From a virus (taxonomy: Duplodnaviria > Caudoviricetes): 64,000 nt of DNA. Below the pieces are notes generated by a model. The model did not search any database and had not been told where the DNA came from. It saw only the letters and a list, made by a program, of their open reading frames with translations. The stretch lies in the IMG/VR virus record IMGVR_UViG_3300021295_000001, one strand, 5' to 3'. The number at the start of each line of letters is the position of its first letter. Position 1 is the stretch's first letter. A program made the position numbers and the translations under genes. Of this stretch, positions 1 to 8,346 are shown in pieces.

Positions 1-2
1 TC

Positions 3-221
3 GCGTCCAAAGTCGTGAATGGCCAGATGAGAAGGGCGAAGCGCATTCTGAAGAAGAACACGCCCCTTATCAAATACATAGTGGAGAGGGCGCTCGCCAA
101 CGGAAACTGCCTTTCCGAGGACGCGATGGAGAGGACCTTGCTCGACTATGAGGACAGAAAGAAACAAATCGACGCCAAGATGAGGAAGGTCGGAATCGAC
201 GAGTTGGGGAGGGCCGAATGA
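3..221 (+). CDS. hypothetical protein (5' partial)
   Basis: frame open from the window start; ATGA overlap with next ORF. Confidence 0.6.
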   Translation, partial: ASKVVNGQMRRAKRILKKNTPLIKYIVERALANGNCLSEDAMERTLLDYEDRKKQIDAKMRKVGIDELGRAE

Positions 222-421
222 TGGGAACCAACGAATCACGCAGGCTGAATGAGAGCGCGCTTTCATTGCTCTACAAAATAGAGGCGTTCACGAAACGAGT
301 CGAGAAGGCCTGCGAAGAAGGCGAAATCACGCTCGAAGAGGCGTACGAATACCTAAAGAAGATAAACGGGGTAATCGACGTGGTCGCCGACAGGTTGGAC
401 GCATCCGAATACGCCTGCTAA
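218..421 (+). CDS. hypothetical protein
   Basis: GGGAGG RBS; stop codon lies inside the TGCTAAATT motif. Confidence 0.7.
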   Translation: MMGTNESRRLNESALSLLYKIEAFTKRVEKACEEGEITLEEAYEYLKKINGVIDVVADRLDASEYAC

Positions 422-424
422 ATT
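416..424 (+). promoter_or_regulatory. putative phage late promoter TGCTAAATT
   Basis: recurrent motif; upstream of the tRNA cluster. Confidence 0.55.
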
Positions 425-536
425 AGTGCCAAACGTCGGTAAACGAACGCGGTATAATATAACCGAACTACCCGACCTGATTGTGGCACGGGGTCCGAAA
501 CGACCCCACAAAAACTACAACATGGAGGAACGCGAA

Positions 537-755
537 ATGGTTAAAGCGGTTCTAATCGGAAAGCATCGTTACTCGCTCGCTTCGAGCGACCAGTCCTTTG
601 GGGAACAGGATTTCCTAACCAGGTCCGATGCCAAGAGGGAAATGAACAGGGCCCTCAAAGAACGCGGAATCAGCGTGGTCGAGGTCTATGACGACAAGCA
701 TGACAAGACCTACTGCTGTTCCGACGGCACCAAGTTCTTCATCAACAGGATTTGA
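537..755 (+). CDS. hypothetical protein
   Basis: GGAGG RBS, ATG 537, TATAAT at 453. Confidence 0.7.
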   Translation: MVKAVLIGKHRYSLASSDQSFGEQDFLTRSDAKREMNRALKERGISVVEVYDDKHDKTYCCSDGTKFFINRI

Positions 756-797
756 GGCCGATTGGGTGTCAACTACCCAACCAAAACAGTTGAAGAC

Positions 798-871
798 GCG
801 GTCGTCGTATAGGGGCAATACCTCACCCTTCCAAGGTGATGACATGGGTTCGATTCCCGTCAACCGCTCCA
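798..871 (+). tRNA. tRNA-Gly(TCC)
   Basis: cloverleaf; TCACC-CTTCCAA-GGTGA anticodon arm, GGTTCGATTCC T arm, encoded CCA. Confidence 0.92.
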
Positions 872-996
872 GGCCTCACGGCCACGTCAATGCGTATGTT
901 GACTGCTTCTTGATTGCACAAACGGAGACGTAAAAATCGGTAGTAGAGAATCAAGTATACCCCTCCAGCACGTGTGGTAAAGATGAGGGGTGATTT

Positions 997-1070
997 GCAG
1001 GAATAGGACAGTGGCAGTCCATCTGCTTGCCATGCAGACTACGTGGGTTCGATTCCCGCTTCCTGCTCCA
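997..1070 (+). tRNA. tRNA-Gly(GCC)
   Basis: TCTGC-TTGCCAT-GCAGA anticodon arm, T arm, CCA. Confidence 0.92.
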
Positions 1071-1073
1071 CAC

Positions 1074-1145
1074 GGCTATGACATCTGGCGATGAAGGGCG
1101 TCTCATACGCGCCCCAGCATGGTTCGAATCCATGCGTAGCCACCA
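1074..1145 (+). tRNA. tRNA-Met(CAT), elongator-like, degenerate D arm
   Basis: GGCTATG/CGTAGCC acceptor, GGCGT-CTCATAC-GCGCC anticodon arm, CCA. Confidence 0.8.
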
Positions 1146-1326
1146 GTGCCATCGGGGGACGCGTCCTCCGTAGAATACGGCTTGGCAACCCGTCGTCGAA
1201 GACAGGAAAAACGAGGTCGTAAATCTCAAACCCAGGCCATGGCGCTGTTGAGCCGAATTACCAGGGATGACAGACCCGAGCCGAGTTAGTCACGGCTAGG
1301 CGAAATCACGGCGCGGATTGGCCATT

Positions 1327-1403
1327 GGAACTATAGTTCAGTTGGTTAGAATGCCTGCCTGTCACGCAGGAGGTCGAGGGTTCGAGTCCCTCTGGTTCCG
1401 CCA
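1327..1403 (+). tRNA. tRNA-Asp(GTC)
   Basis: canonical cloverleaf, CCTGC-CTGTCAC-GCAGG, CCA. Confidence 0.95.
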
Positions 1404-1410
1404 TTTGCAT

Positions 1411-1485
1411 TGCCGAGGAGTGAAGCGGTCTCACATCAGGCTCATACCCTGATAATTCATGGTTCAACCCCATGCTCGGCGACCA
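1411..1485 (+). tRNA. tRNA-Met(CAT), initiator-like
   Basis: non-Watson-Crick 1:72 pair (T:G), TCAGG-CTCATAC-CCTGA arm, TTCAA T loop, CCA. Confidence 0.8.
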
Positions 1486-1532
1486 CACTTTTATACATCA
1501 TGCATATTTTCTTGCATACAGGAGGTTTAAGC

Positions 1533-1958
1533 ATGAAAGCAAGCGCTTACTTCGATTGGGACGTGGAACGCCAAAACGAACGGGACGGCGTCACCGTCGT
1601 GTGCGGACACATGGTCTGCAGGAGGCCCCATCAGTCGCAACTCTCATTGGCCGAGACGGCGCTCTTCAAAGCCATGAACGAAAGGTGGGACGTCGATTCC
1701 GCCCTAACCATGGGCGTGGCCACAACTCACGAGGACGACGAGTACGACGCCAAGACTGGTCGCGTCATCGCGTCAATCAGGGCCGAAGCCAACGCCAACA
1801 GGCAGTATAGGCAGAAGGTGGCCGAATTGCTTAAGAAGGCAGATGAGTTCGTCATGGCCGTCAAGAGGGACCTATGTCTTCTCGACGAGAGGCACAAGGC
1901 CCTCAAACACCAGTTGTCCGCCCACGCCGAGGAGAAGTCCGATGAGCAGGAAGGATAA
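1533..1958 (+). CDS. hypothetical protein
   Basis: AGGAGG RBS, ATG 1533. Confidence 0.8.
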   Translation: MKASAYFDWDVERQNERDGVTVVCGHMVCRRPHQSQLSLAETALFKAMNERWDVDSALTMGVATTHEDDEYDAKTGRVIASIRAEANANRQYRQKVAELLKKADEFVMAVKRDLCLLDERHKALKHQLSAHAEEKSDEQEG

Positions 1959-2145
1959 ACTGGAAATCGCCAACCTTCGAAACAACGTCGAGTGGCTGAT
2001 GGGGGACATCGCGCAACTCAATCGCAGGCTCTCGAAGGCATTGGCCGAGAACGATTTCCTGACCGACGAACTGACAAGGCTCAGGGAGGAACTGGCCTCC
2101 AAGGACAAGGAACTGAAGAGGACGAGGTTCCGAATCAGGAACTGA
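1942..2145 (+). CDS. coiled-coil hypothetical protein
   Basis: GAGGAG RBS, heptad pattern. Confidence 0.65.
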   Translation: MSRKDKLEIANLRNNVEWLMGDIAQLNRRLSKALAENDFLTDELTRLREELASKDKELKRTRFRIRN

Positions 2146-2205
2146 GCCAACCATGGACACCCGCGCACAAACGACCAAACAAGCGCGGTCAACAGGAGGT
2201 GTCTC

Positions 2206-2301
2206 ATGAAGGCTATCAGGGAATTGGCAAAGCGCATAGTCGACTTGTTCAAACTGGATGACGAGTTCATCAGGATATACGGATACAGCAACGACAACTG
2301 A
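2206..2301 (+). CDS. small hypothetical protein (31 aa)
   Basis: AGGAGGT RBS, ATG 2206 (MKAIRELAKR...). Confidence 0.55.
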   Translation: MKAIRELAKRIVDLFKLDDEFIRIYGYSNDN

Positions 2302-2345
2302 CGCTTGCGGGGACGACGTCAACACCCCAAAACGCTGACGGAATC

Positions 2346-2436
2346 GGAGGGATGGCCGAGTGGCTGAAGGCGACGGTCTTGAAAACCGTAACGCACCGCA
2401 AGGGCGTCCTGGGTTCGAATCCCAGCCCCTCCGCCA
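2346..2436 (+). tRNA. tRNA-Ser(TGA)
   Basis: long variable arm, ACGGT-CTTGAAA-ACCGT, GCCA end. Confidence 0.95.
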
Positions 2437-2444
2437 AAAAAATT

Positions 2445-2518
2445 CGAGAGGTCTGTCAATGGTAGGCTTGCTGGTTTGGAACCAGGGAACGTGGGTCCGA
2501 TTCCCGCCCTCTCGACCA
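2445..2518 (+). tRNA. tRNA-Pro(TGG)
   Basis: CGAGAGG/CCTCTCG acceptor, CTGG-TTTGGAA-CCAG, CCA. Confidence 0.85.
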
Positions 2519-2524
2519 CATTTA

Positions 2525-2599
2525 GCCTCCGTAGTTCAACGGAAAGAACGGTTGCCTTGTAAGCATCAAATCCCTGTTCGACTCAGAGTGGAGGCACCA
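2525..2599 (+). tRNA. tRNA-Thr(TGT)
   Basis: GCCTCC/GGAGGC acceptor, CTTGTAA anticodon loop, CCA. Confidence 0.88.
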
Positions 2600-2607
2600 T
2601 AACAATC

Positions 2608-2682
2608 GGTCCCTTATTTCAGCGGGAGAATACCTCCTTTACACGGAGGGGGTCGGCGGTTCGAATCCGTCAGGGACCACCA
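2608..2682 (+). tRNA. tRNA-Val(TAC)
   Basis: CCTCC-TTTACAC-GGAGG arm, T arm, CCA. Confidence 0.92.
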
Positions 2683-2700
2683 CACGAAGGAGACTCAGGC

Positions 2701-3243
2701 ATGGAAGGCGACAAATACATATTCCTGGACGTGGACGGCGTCCTCAACGACGAGGCGGACCTATATCGGCTTTCCCAACATGAGGAGGAGGCGCCGACTG
2801 GGGGCCTTTCGCACCTACGCGAACTGCGCAGAATCGTGGACGCGACCGACGCCAAGGTCGTGCTGTCGTCCAGTTGGAGGATTAGCGTGAGGGGCACGGA
2901 CGACGTCATGGCGTCGTTGGCCATGGTGGGGTTGCACCTCGACGGATTGACGCCAGAGGGCGCCCCAGTAGAGTTCATAAGGCGCAAATACCCCGACGTC
3001 GTGCTGAGGGATACGCGCAAGTCCCCTTGGGACAACTTCGAGGAACGCACGGACGACAGGGGCGCCGAGATAGCGTCTTGGCTCCACGCAAGGGGCGGTT
3101 GCTCCAACTACGTGGTGTTGGACGACGACGTGCACGACATACTCCCATACCACAAAGGGCACGTGGTGCAGACGAGTTACGCCAACGGATTGGATGCCAC
3201 GAAGGCCGACGAGGCCATAAGGATACTGAACGGAAATGAATAA
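2701..3243 (+). CDS. HAD-family phosphatase (Swiss-army-knife RNA repair HAD type)
   Basis: IFLDVDGVLN, VVLSSSWR, RGAEIASWL and YVVLDD motifs. Confidence 0.85.
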   Translation: MEGDKYIFLDVDGVLNDEADLYRLSQHEEEAPTGGLSHLRELRRIVDATDAKVVLSSSWRISVRGTDDVMASLAMVGLHLDGLTPEGAPVEFIRRKYPDVVLRDTRKSPWDNFEERTDDRGAEIASWLHARGGCSNYVVLDDDVHDILPYHKGHVVQTSYANGLDATKADEAIRILNGNE

Positions 3244-3967
3244 CCATCTATATGATTCGTTCGCCCATTGGACGATGACGGACGGTGAGCACAAGAACTC
3301 CGTGTGGGTCTATTCCGACCCCCATTTCGCGGACCCCGAGTCCATGCACTTCAGGGGCGAGGAATACCTCGGCGACGACTGGCAGGTCAAGCGCATCAAC
3401 GGGAAGGTCAGGAAGAACGACACCATAATCATATTGGGGGACGTGGGCGACCCATCGTTCGTTAAGCGCCTTCGCGGGCACAAGGTCCTCGTCATGGGGA
3501 ACCACGACAAAGGCGCGTCCAACTACAGGAGGCGCTCGCTGATTGCATACGCGGAAGGATACGACGAGAAACGCTTCTCGACGGAGTGGGACGCATGGAG
3601 GAAGACGGACTTCGGCACCGACGGCGAGCGTGTGGAAGCCATGTTCGAACTGGTGTCCAAGAGGTCCTTCGTCGACAACGGCCTGTTCGATGAGGTGTAC
3701 GAGGGGCCGATAATGGTGAACGACAGGCTCATCCTGTCGCACGAACCCATCGAGCCGTTGCCAGAGACGATGTTCAACGTCCACGGCCACGTCCACGGCG
3801 GTTCCCACGACACTGGCCCAAGGACCTTGAACGTCTGCGCGGAAAGCATAGGTTACGAACCAGTAAGCCTCACTTCCATGTTGGCCAAGGGGTTGCTGAG
3901 CGACGTGCCCTCACCTCACAGGGTCACGATAGACAAAGCCAAGGAAAGGAAGTCCAAATGCAAATGA
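3236..3967 (+). CDS. calcineurin-like metallophosphoesterase
   Basis: SDPH, LGD, GNHD, LSHEP and HGHVH motifs. Confidence 0.88.
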   Translation: MNNHLYDSFAHWTMTDGEHKNSVWVYSDPHFADPESMHFRGEEYLGDDWQVKRINGKVRKNDTIIILGDVGDPSFVKRLRGHKVLVMGNHDKGASNYRRRSLIAYAEGYDEKRFSTEWDAWRKTDFGTDGERVEAMFELVSKRSFVDNGLFDEVYEGPIMVNDRLILSHEPIEPLPETMFNVHGHVHGGSHDTGPRTLNVCAESIGYEPVSLTSMLAKGLLSDVPSPHRVTIDKAKERKSKCK

Positions 3968-4200
3968 CAAGCGACAAAAGGCTGGGGCCAATCACCAAGG
4001 CGAGGTGCTGGCGCTACATCAAGAGGACGCTCAGGGAGGCCATGGGCTCGGACGAGGGCGCGTTGGCGCTCGTCAGTTCCCTCATACTGGCGATGAACGA
4101 GGCCCGCGACAAACTCGGGGACTCCTTCGAATGCAGGAGCATGACCCTCACGCTGAACGACTTCTTCGACTTCGACGTGTTCAGGGGGGACGCGAAGTGA
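3964..4200 (+). CDS. hypothetical protein
   Basis: ATGA-coupled ORF. Confidence 0.65.
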   Translation: MTSDKRLGPITKARCWRYIKRTLREAMGSDEGALALVSSLILAMNEARDKLGDSFECRSMTLTLNDFFDFDVFRGDAK

Positions 4201-4330
4201 GCGCTCGGAAACCCAAATGCATGCGCTCGGTTCCCGCCCTGCCCCGTCGGCCGTGGGGGAAATCGGGCCTCCCAGCCTGCTAAACTCCGATGGAAAGCGA
4301 TTTGTGCACGGTGCACAATTCCCCATGAGC

Positions 4331-4404
4331 GGGACTTTAGTCCAAAGGCAGAACGCTCGGCCGTTAACCGAATGACGGTGGTTCGAATCCACCAAGTCCC
4401 GCCA
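4331..4404 (+). tRNA. tRNA-Asn(GTT)
   Basis: GGGACTT/AAGTCCC acceptor, CCGTTAA loop (C at position 33), GCCA. Confidence 0.85.
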
Positions 4405-4410
4405 AACGAA

Positions 4411-4450
4411 AAAGGCGCCCGACCGAACAGGCCTGGGCGTCTTTCCTTTT
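4411..4450 (+). terminator. intrinsic terminator
   Basis: AGGCGCCC...GGGCGTCT hairpin followed by a T-rich tract. Confidence 0.65.
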
Positions 4451-4495
4451 CCGTGCGCGATTGGGTCGGTTGACCGACCCATTCCCCTAGGCGTC

Positions 4496-4921
4496 GTGGT
4501 CCATCCTGGTGGGCCAGTGCCACAGGATGAAGTCGTTGCCGACGTGGGCGACGTCTGCTTCTTCGCGAAGGTGGACCCGAACGGGGAACTCTCCGTCGGC
4601 TCCGTGTACGGATACAGGCGGAAGGGTGCCATAATAACGCACAGGCTCATGTTCGTCGAGGGGGACGTCCTCGGCTTCAAGGGTGACAACAACCCAGCGT
4701 ACGACGGCAAGGTCCTCAGGGACGCCGTAGCCTACAGATACCTGGGCAAGAGGCTCTTCGGCATCGGCTCGGTGGCCCTTTACGCGCAATCCCCGCTGGG
4801 CATGTGGTCCACGGCGTGCGCGATTGGCGTCGTCGCGGGTTCCGAGGTGGCCATGGCCAAGGTCTCGTCCATCGAGCGGAAGAGGCTCGAGGAACTGGGG
4901 GTGTCCGAAGATGAGGAATAG
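4496..4921 (+). pseudogene. SipW-like (S26B) signal peptidase I, N-terminally truncated
   Basis: VGD, ITHR, KGDNN..D and C-terminal TM segment present; no N-terminal TM or catalytic SGSM box. Confidence 0.6.
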
Positions 4922-5849
4922 GCTGACGCTTGCGCTGGTCGCCATGTTGGCCCTGCTGTCCGTGTTCGGCGTGGGCCACGCGTGGGTCATGGGCGACGCC
5001 TCCCCATCGCCCAATGAGGCCGAGGTCCGCGTCGTTGACTGGGACTTCGGCTACGACACCGACTTCGCGCTCATCGACAACGTGAGTAACCCGACGTTCC
5101 TGACCGCCACGAGGGAGGTCGCCATAACGCGCGGTAGCAACGAGGCCGTCAGGCTCACGAACACCGCTGGCAAACAAAGCAAGAACCACGCCGTGACGCT
5201 GTCGACCGACAGGGACTACCTCCTGAGCGAGATTAGGTTCATGAAGGTGTCGTTCGACTACTACTACGCCGAGAAGCGCGAGCAGGCGGGCAAAGGCCTC
5301 CCGAAGATACAGTTGCTCTGCGACAACGTGTCGAAGGGCAGTGACCAAGGCGGGGGAGACAACGCGACGGACAAGTCGCCGTTCATCTGCGACGACGTGG
5401 GGGACGGCTGGTGGCACCTCGAGTACTTCATCACGGCCCTGTGCCCGACGATGACGGACCACGGGGACAAACCGCTCCCGCTGTCGCAGAAGATAAACGG
5501 AATCAGGATAACCGACTCCCTCATGTTCGACTACGCGTCCAACGTCGCGTTCTCCGTCATCGACAACCTCAGGTTCTCGGCTGGCCCGACGAGCAGGTTG
5601 GGCCTGTTCAACAGGACGACGAACGTGTCCGTGGGCGGTTACTACTGGTTCAAGGTCGCGTGGGCTGGGGAACTCAGGTCGTGCGTCATCACGTTCAGCG
5701 ACCCGACGCTGGCCGAGCAGGACACCGCCTCGACGAGCAGTCCGTTCTACATAAAGGGGCTCAAGGCGGGCAAGGTCACCGCCACGGCCACCGTGGAGAC
5801 GGAGGACGGCACGACGCTGTCCATATCAAACCAGGTCACCGTGTCCTGA
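4911..5849 (+). CDS. secreted protein with SipW-type signal peptide, beta-rich core and C-terminal Ig-like domain
   Basis: MRNR + hydrophobic segment + GHA-W cleavage pattern; C-terminal IKGLKAGKVTATATV. Confidence 0.7.
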   Translation: MRNRLTLALVAMLALLSVFGVGHAWVMGDASPSPNEAEVRVVDWDFGYDTDFALIDNVSNPTFLTATREVAITRGSNEAVRLTNTAGKQSKNHAVTLSTDRDYLLSEIRFMKVSFDYYYAEKREQAGKGLPKIQLLCDNVSKGSDQGGGDNATDKSPFICDDVGDGWWHLEYFITALCPTMTDHGDKPLPLSQKINGIRITDSLMFDYASNVAFSVIDNLRFSAGPTSRLGLFNRTTNVSVGGYYWFKVAWAGELRSCVITFSDPTLAEQDTASTSSPFYIKGLKAGKVTATATVETEDGTTLSISNQVTVS

Positions 5850-5853
5850 CGAT

Positions 5854-5876
5854 AAGGGTCCGAAAGGGCCCTTTTC
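5854..5876 (+). terminator. intrinsic terminator
   Basis: AAGGGTCC-GAAA-GGGCCCTTTT. Confidence 0.75.
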
Positions 5877-5891
5877 CATACCACTCTGGAT

Positions 5892-5920
5892 TTGACATGG
5901 CCCCGAAACGGGAGTATAAT
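5892..5920 (+). promoter_or_regulatory. consensus sigma70/sigmaA promoter
   Basis: TTGACA-N17-TATAAT. Confidence 0.9.
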
Positions 5921-5944
5921 ATCCCGTATAGGAGGCATTTTCGC

Positions 5945-6604
5945 ATGAGGTTCGTGTATTCCGACGGAGGGAGGTCCAACTACTTCAGGGCCACCAACGT
6001 CAGCGATTGCGTCGTCAGGGCCATCGCCAACGCCACTGGCGTCGATTACAAGGAGGCGTACGACGCGATAAACACGTACGCCAAGAAGGAGAGGAAGGGC
6101 GCGTGCAGGCGTGGCAAATCCAGCGCCCGCGACGGCGTCTACAAGGAGACGTACAGGAAATACCTAGAGGGCGACCTCGGCTGGGTCTTCGTACCGTGCA
6201 TGGGAATCGGCACTGGTTGCACCACGCACCTGAGGGACGGCGAACTGCCCGTCGACGGCTCTTACGTCGTCAAGACGTCCCGCCACCTGACCTGCGTGAG
6301 GGAAGGCGCGCTCGTCGACACATACGACTGCTCCAGGGACGGCGACAGGTGCGTATACGGATACTGGCGCGCGCCCACGGAAAGCGAACGCGCCGAGCAT
6401 GCCCTCAGGAAGGCGCAGAAGGCCTCTCTGGACGCGAAACGCAAGGCTGACGCCGAGGACCTCGCCAAACGCAGGGAAGAGGCCAGGAAGGCCAACAAGA
6501 AGGTCATGGCCTCATACGCCAAGCGAATCAGGGAACTGAGGGCGAAACTGCGCAGGCTCGAGAAGGAGAGGGATTCCAAACTGGTAGAGGTCCCGTCCAA
6601 GTGA
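5945..6604 (+). CDS. conserved phage protein (DCVVRAIA family) with coiled-coil tail
   Basis: AGGAGG RBS; DCVVRAIA, HLTC and DTYDCS motifs. Confidence 0.75.
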   Translation: MRFVYSDGGRSNYFRATNVSDCVVRAIANATGVDYKEAYDAINTYAKKERKGACRRGKSSARDGVYKETYRKYLEGDLGWVFVPCMGIGTGCTTHLRDGELPVDGSYVVKTSRHLTCVREGALVDTYDCSRDGDRCVYGYWRAPTESERAEHALRKAQKASLDAKRKADAEDLAKRREEARKANKKVMASYAKRIRELRAKLRRLEKERDSKLVEVPSK

Positions 6605-6644
6605 CGCCGAGGTATAATAAACGGGAATCGAGGAGGGTTGCGAC

Positions 6645-7103
6645 ATGAAGGTCGTCCTAAACAAATGCTACGGCGGGTTCGTCCCGTCCCACGAAGCGGT
6701 CATCCGCTACGCCGAGAGGAAGGGCGTCGAGGTCTTCCCCTACATCTTCACCAAGGTCGAATACGGATACGAGTTCCGTAAGGCGGACGCGGAAGCGGTC
6801 AGAGCCTACGACAAGGAGCACACGACCTGGGGCTGGAGCAACGTCCTGTTCCTGACCAAGGACAGGGGCGCCAAGTTCGAGGACGTGACGGACGCCATCA
6901 GGAAGGACGTCATGGACGTCGACGATGACGAACTCAGGTTCGACCCCGACTTCATCGCGACCGTAGAGGAGATGGGGCACGACGCCAGCATGTACACGTC
7001 CGAACTCAGGGTAATCGAATTCGAGCCCCCCGAGGGATTCGTGCCCAAGGTCATCGACAACGACGGCATGGAGACCTTGGTCGACGGGAGGTGGTGCTGG
7101 TGA
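6645..7103 (+). CDS. conserved phage hypothetical protein
   Basis: MKVVLNKCYGGF..SHEA...R.DP motif; RBS. Confidence 0.8.
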   Translation: MKVVLNKCYGGFVPSHEAVIRYAERKGVEVFPYIFTKVEYGYEFRKADAEAVRAYDKEHTTWGWSNVLFLTKDRGAKFEDVTDAIRKDVMDVDDDELRFDPDFIATVEEMGHDASMYTSELRVIEFEPPEGFVPKVIDNDGMETLVDGRWCW

Positions 7104-7429
7104 GCGACGAGGAAAGGAAGCCTCTGGGACCCATTTCGCCAGTGGTGGTAACGATGGTCAGCAAGGACGTGGTCGTCGGTTCCATCAACGGCGTGGAGCA
7201 ACACGCCGACATGGCGACGACCGCGCTGGTGTGCATGGACTGCGGTCAGGTCCTGTACGAGTTCGGCCAGGGCATCACGCCCATGGAGGCCGAGGAGGAA
7301 TTGGTCAGGCACGAACAAGGGGAGATGGAGGTCGCGTTCGGCCGTTATTGCAGGAACTGCGGTAAGAGGCTGAGGTACGACTTCTACGAACCCATCGTCT
7401 TCGATGACGACAAGGAGGAAAAGGCATGA
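7091..7429 (+). CDS. hypothetical protein with two CxxC motifs
   Basis: CMDC and CRNC. Confidence 0.65.
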   Translation: MVLVSDEERKPLGPISPVVVTMVSKDVVVGSINGVEQHADMATTALVCMDCGQVLYEFGQGITPMEAEEELVRHEQGEMEVAFGRYCRNCGKRLRYDFYEPIVFDDDKEEKA

Positions 7430-8346
7430 GGAAGTATTTCGTTTGCAGTGACGTGCACGGTTTCGCCACGGAGATGAGGCGTGACCTCAGGAAGGCTGGG
7501 TTCAGGAAAGGCGACCCAGAGCACGTGCTCGTCGTGTTGGGCGACATATTCGACAGGGGGCCCGAGGCGCTCGCCACATACAGGTACATCAGGTCGTTGC
7601 CAAAGGAACGCAGAATCCTCGTCAGGGGCAACCACGAGACCCTGTTGCGCGAGTTGGCCGAGAGGGGTTACGCCCTTTCCCACGACGAGCACAACGGCAC
7701 GGTGGGGACGCTGTACCAAATCGCGGGCATCGACCCCAATTGGTTCGCCGAGTGGTACGCCAACCACTTCATGGACTACGGCTCCTTCTACGACGCGCAC
7801 ATGAACATCAGGCTGGACGCGTTCGAGAAATTCAACGCGCTCATGGACTCCAAGAAGGATGAGGTGCAGGCGAAATTGTACAACAACAAGAAACTGAGGG
7901 AAATCCTCGATTGGATTGCCTCGGACGAATGGGTCGACTATTGGGAGACGCCGAAGCACGTGTTCGTGCATTCGTTCATCCCCGTCATGAGGAGGCAGGA
8001 GCCGAGGGTCAGCCAATGCGAATCCGTCGCCGAATACGACCCGAACTGGCGCGACGCTGGCAAGGAGGCGTGGGAGGACGCCAAGTGGGGATGCCCGTGG
8101 AAGCAGTGGAAGGACGGCCTCTTCATAGAGGAGGAGAGGAAGGGGAAGGTCCTCGTCTGCGGCCATTGGCACACGAGCGATTTCTGGAACAACCTGGATT
8201 ACGCCAACGACCCGTCCATGAAACTGCCGAGGACGGAAAACCCCATATACGAATCGGAGGCGTTCCATGGCCTCATCGGGTTGGACGCATGCACCGTCCT
8301 GTCCCATAAGGTGAACGTGCTCACGCTAACGGAGGATGAACTATGA
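7426..8346 (+). CDS. metallophosphoesterase (Ser/Thr phosphatase-like)
   Basis: SDVHG, LGDIFDRG, RGNHE, FVH and CGHWH motifs. Confidence 0.9.
   Translation: MRKYFVCSDVHGFATEMRRDLRKAGFRKGDPEHVLVVLGDIFDRGPEALATYRYIRSLPKERRILVRGNHETLLRELAERGYALSHDEHNGTVGTLYQIAGIDPNWFAEWYANHFMDYGSFYDAHMNIRLDAFEKFNALMDSKKDEVQAKLYNNKKLREILDWIASDEWVDYWETPKHVFVHSFIPVMRRQEPRVSQCESVAEYDPNWRDAGKEAWEDAKWGCPWKQWKDGLFIEEERKGKVLVCGHWHTSDFWNNLDYANDPSMKLPRTENPIYESEAFHGLIGLDACTVLSHKVNVLTLTEDEL

Noticed and set aside
1074-1145. tRNA-Ile2 compensating for ATA codons forced by GATC avoidance
   Set aside because: The GGCTA acceptor stem resembles elongator Met, so Ile2 identity is unsupported
1154-1326. tmRNA or hammerhead ribozyme
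   Set aside because: No tRNA-like 3' end or tag ORF; no CUGANGA core
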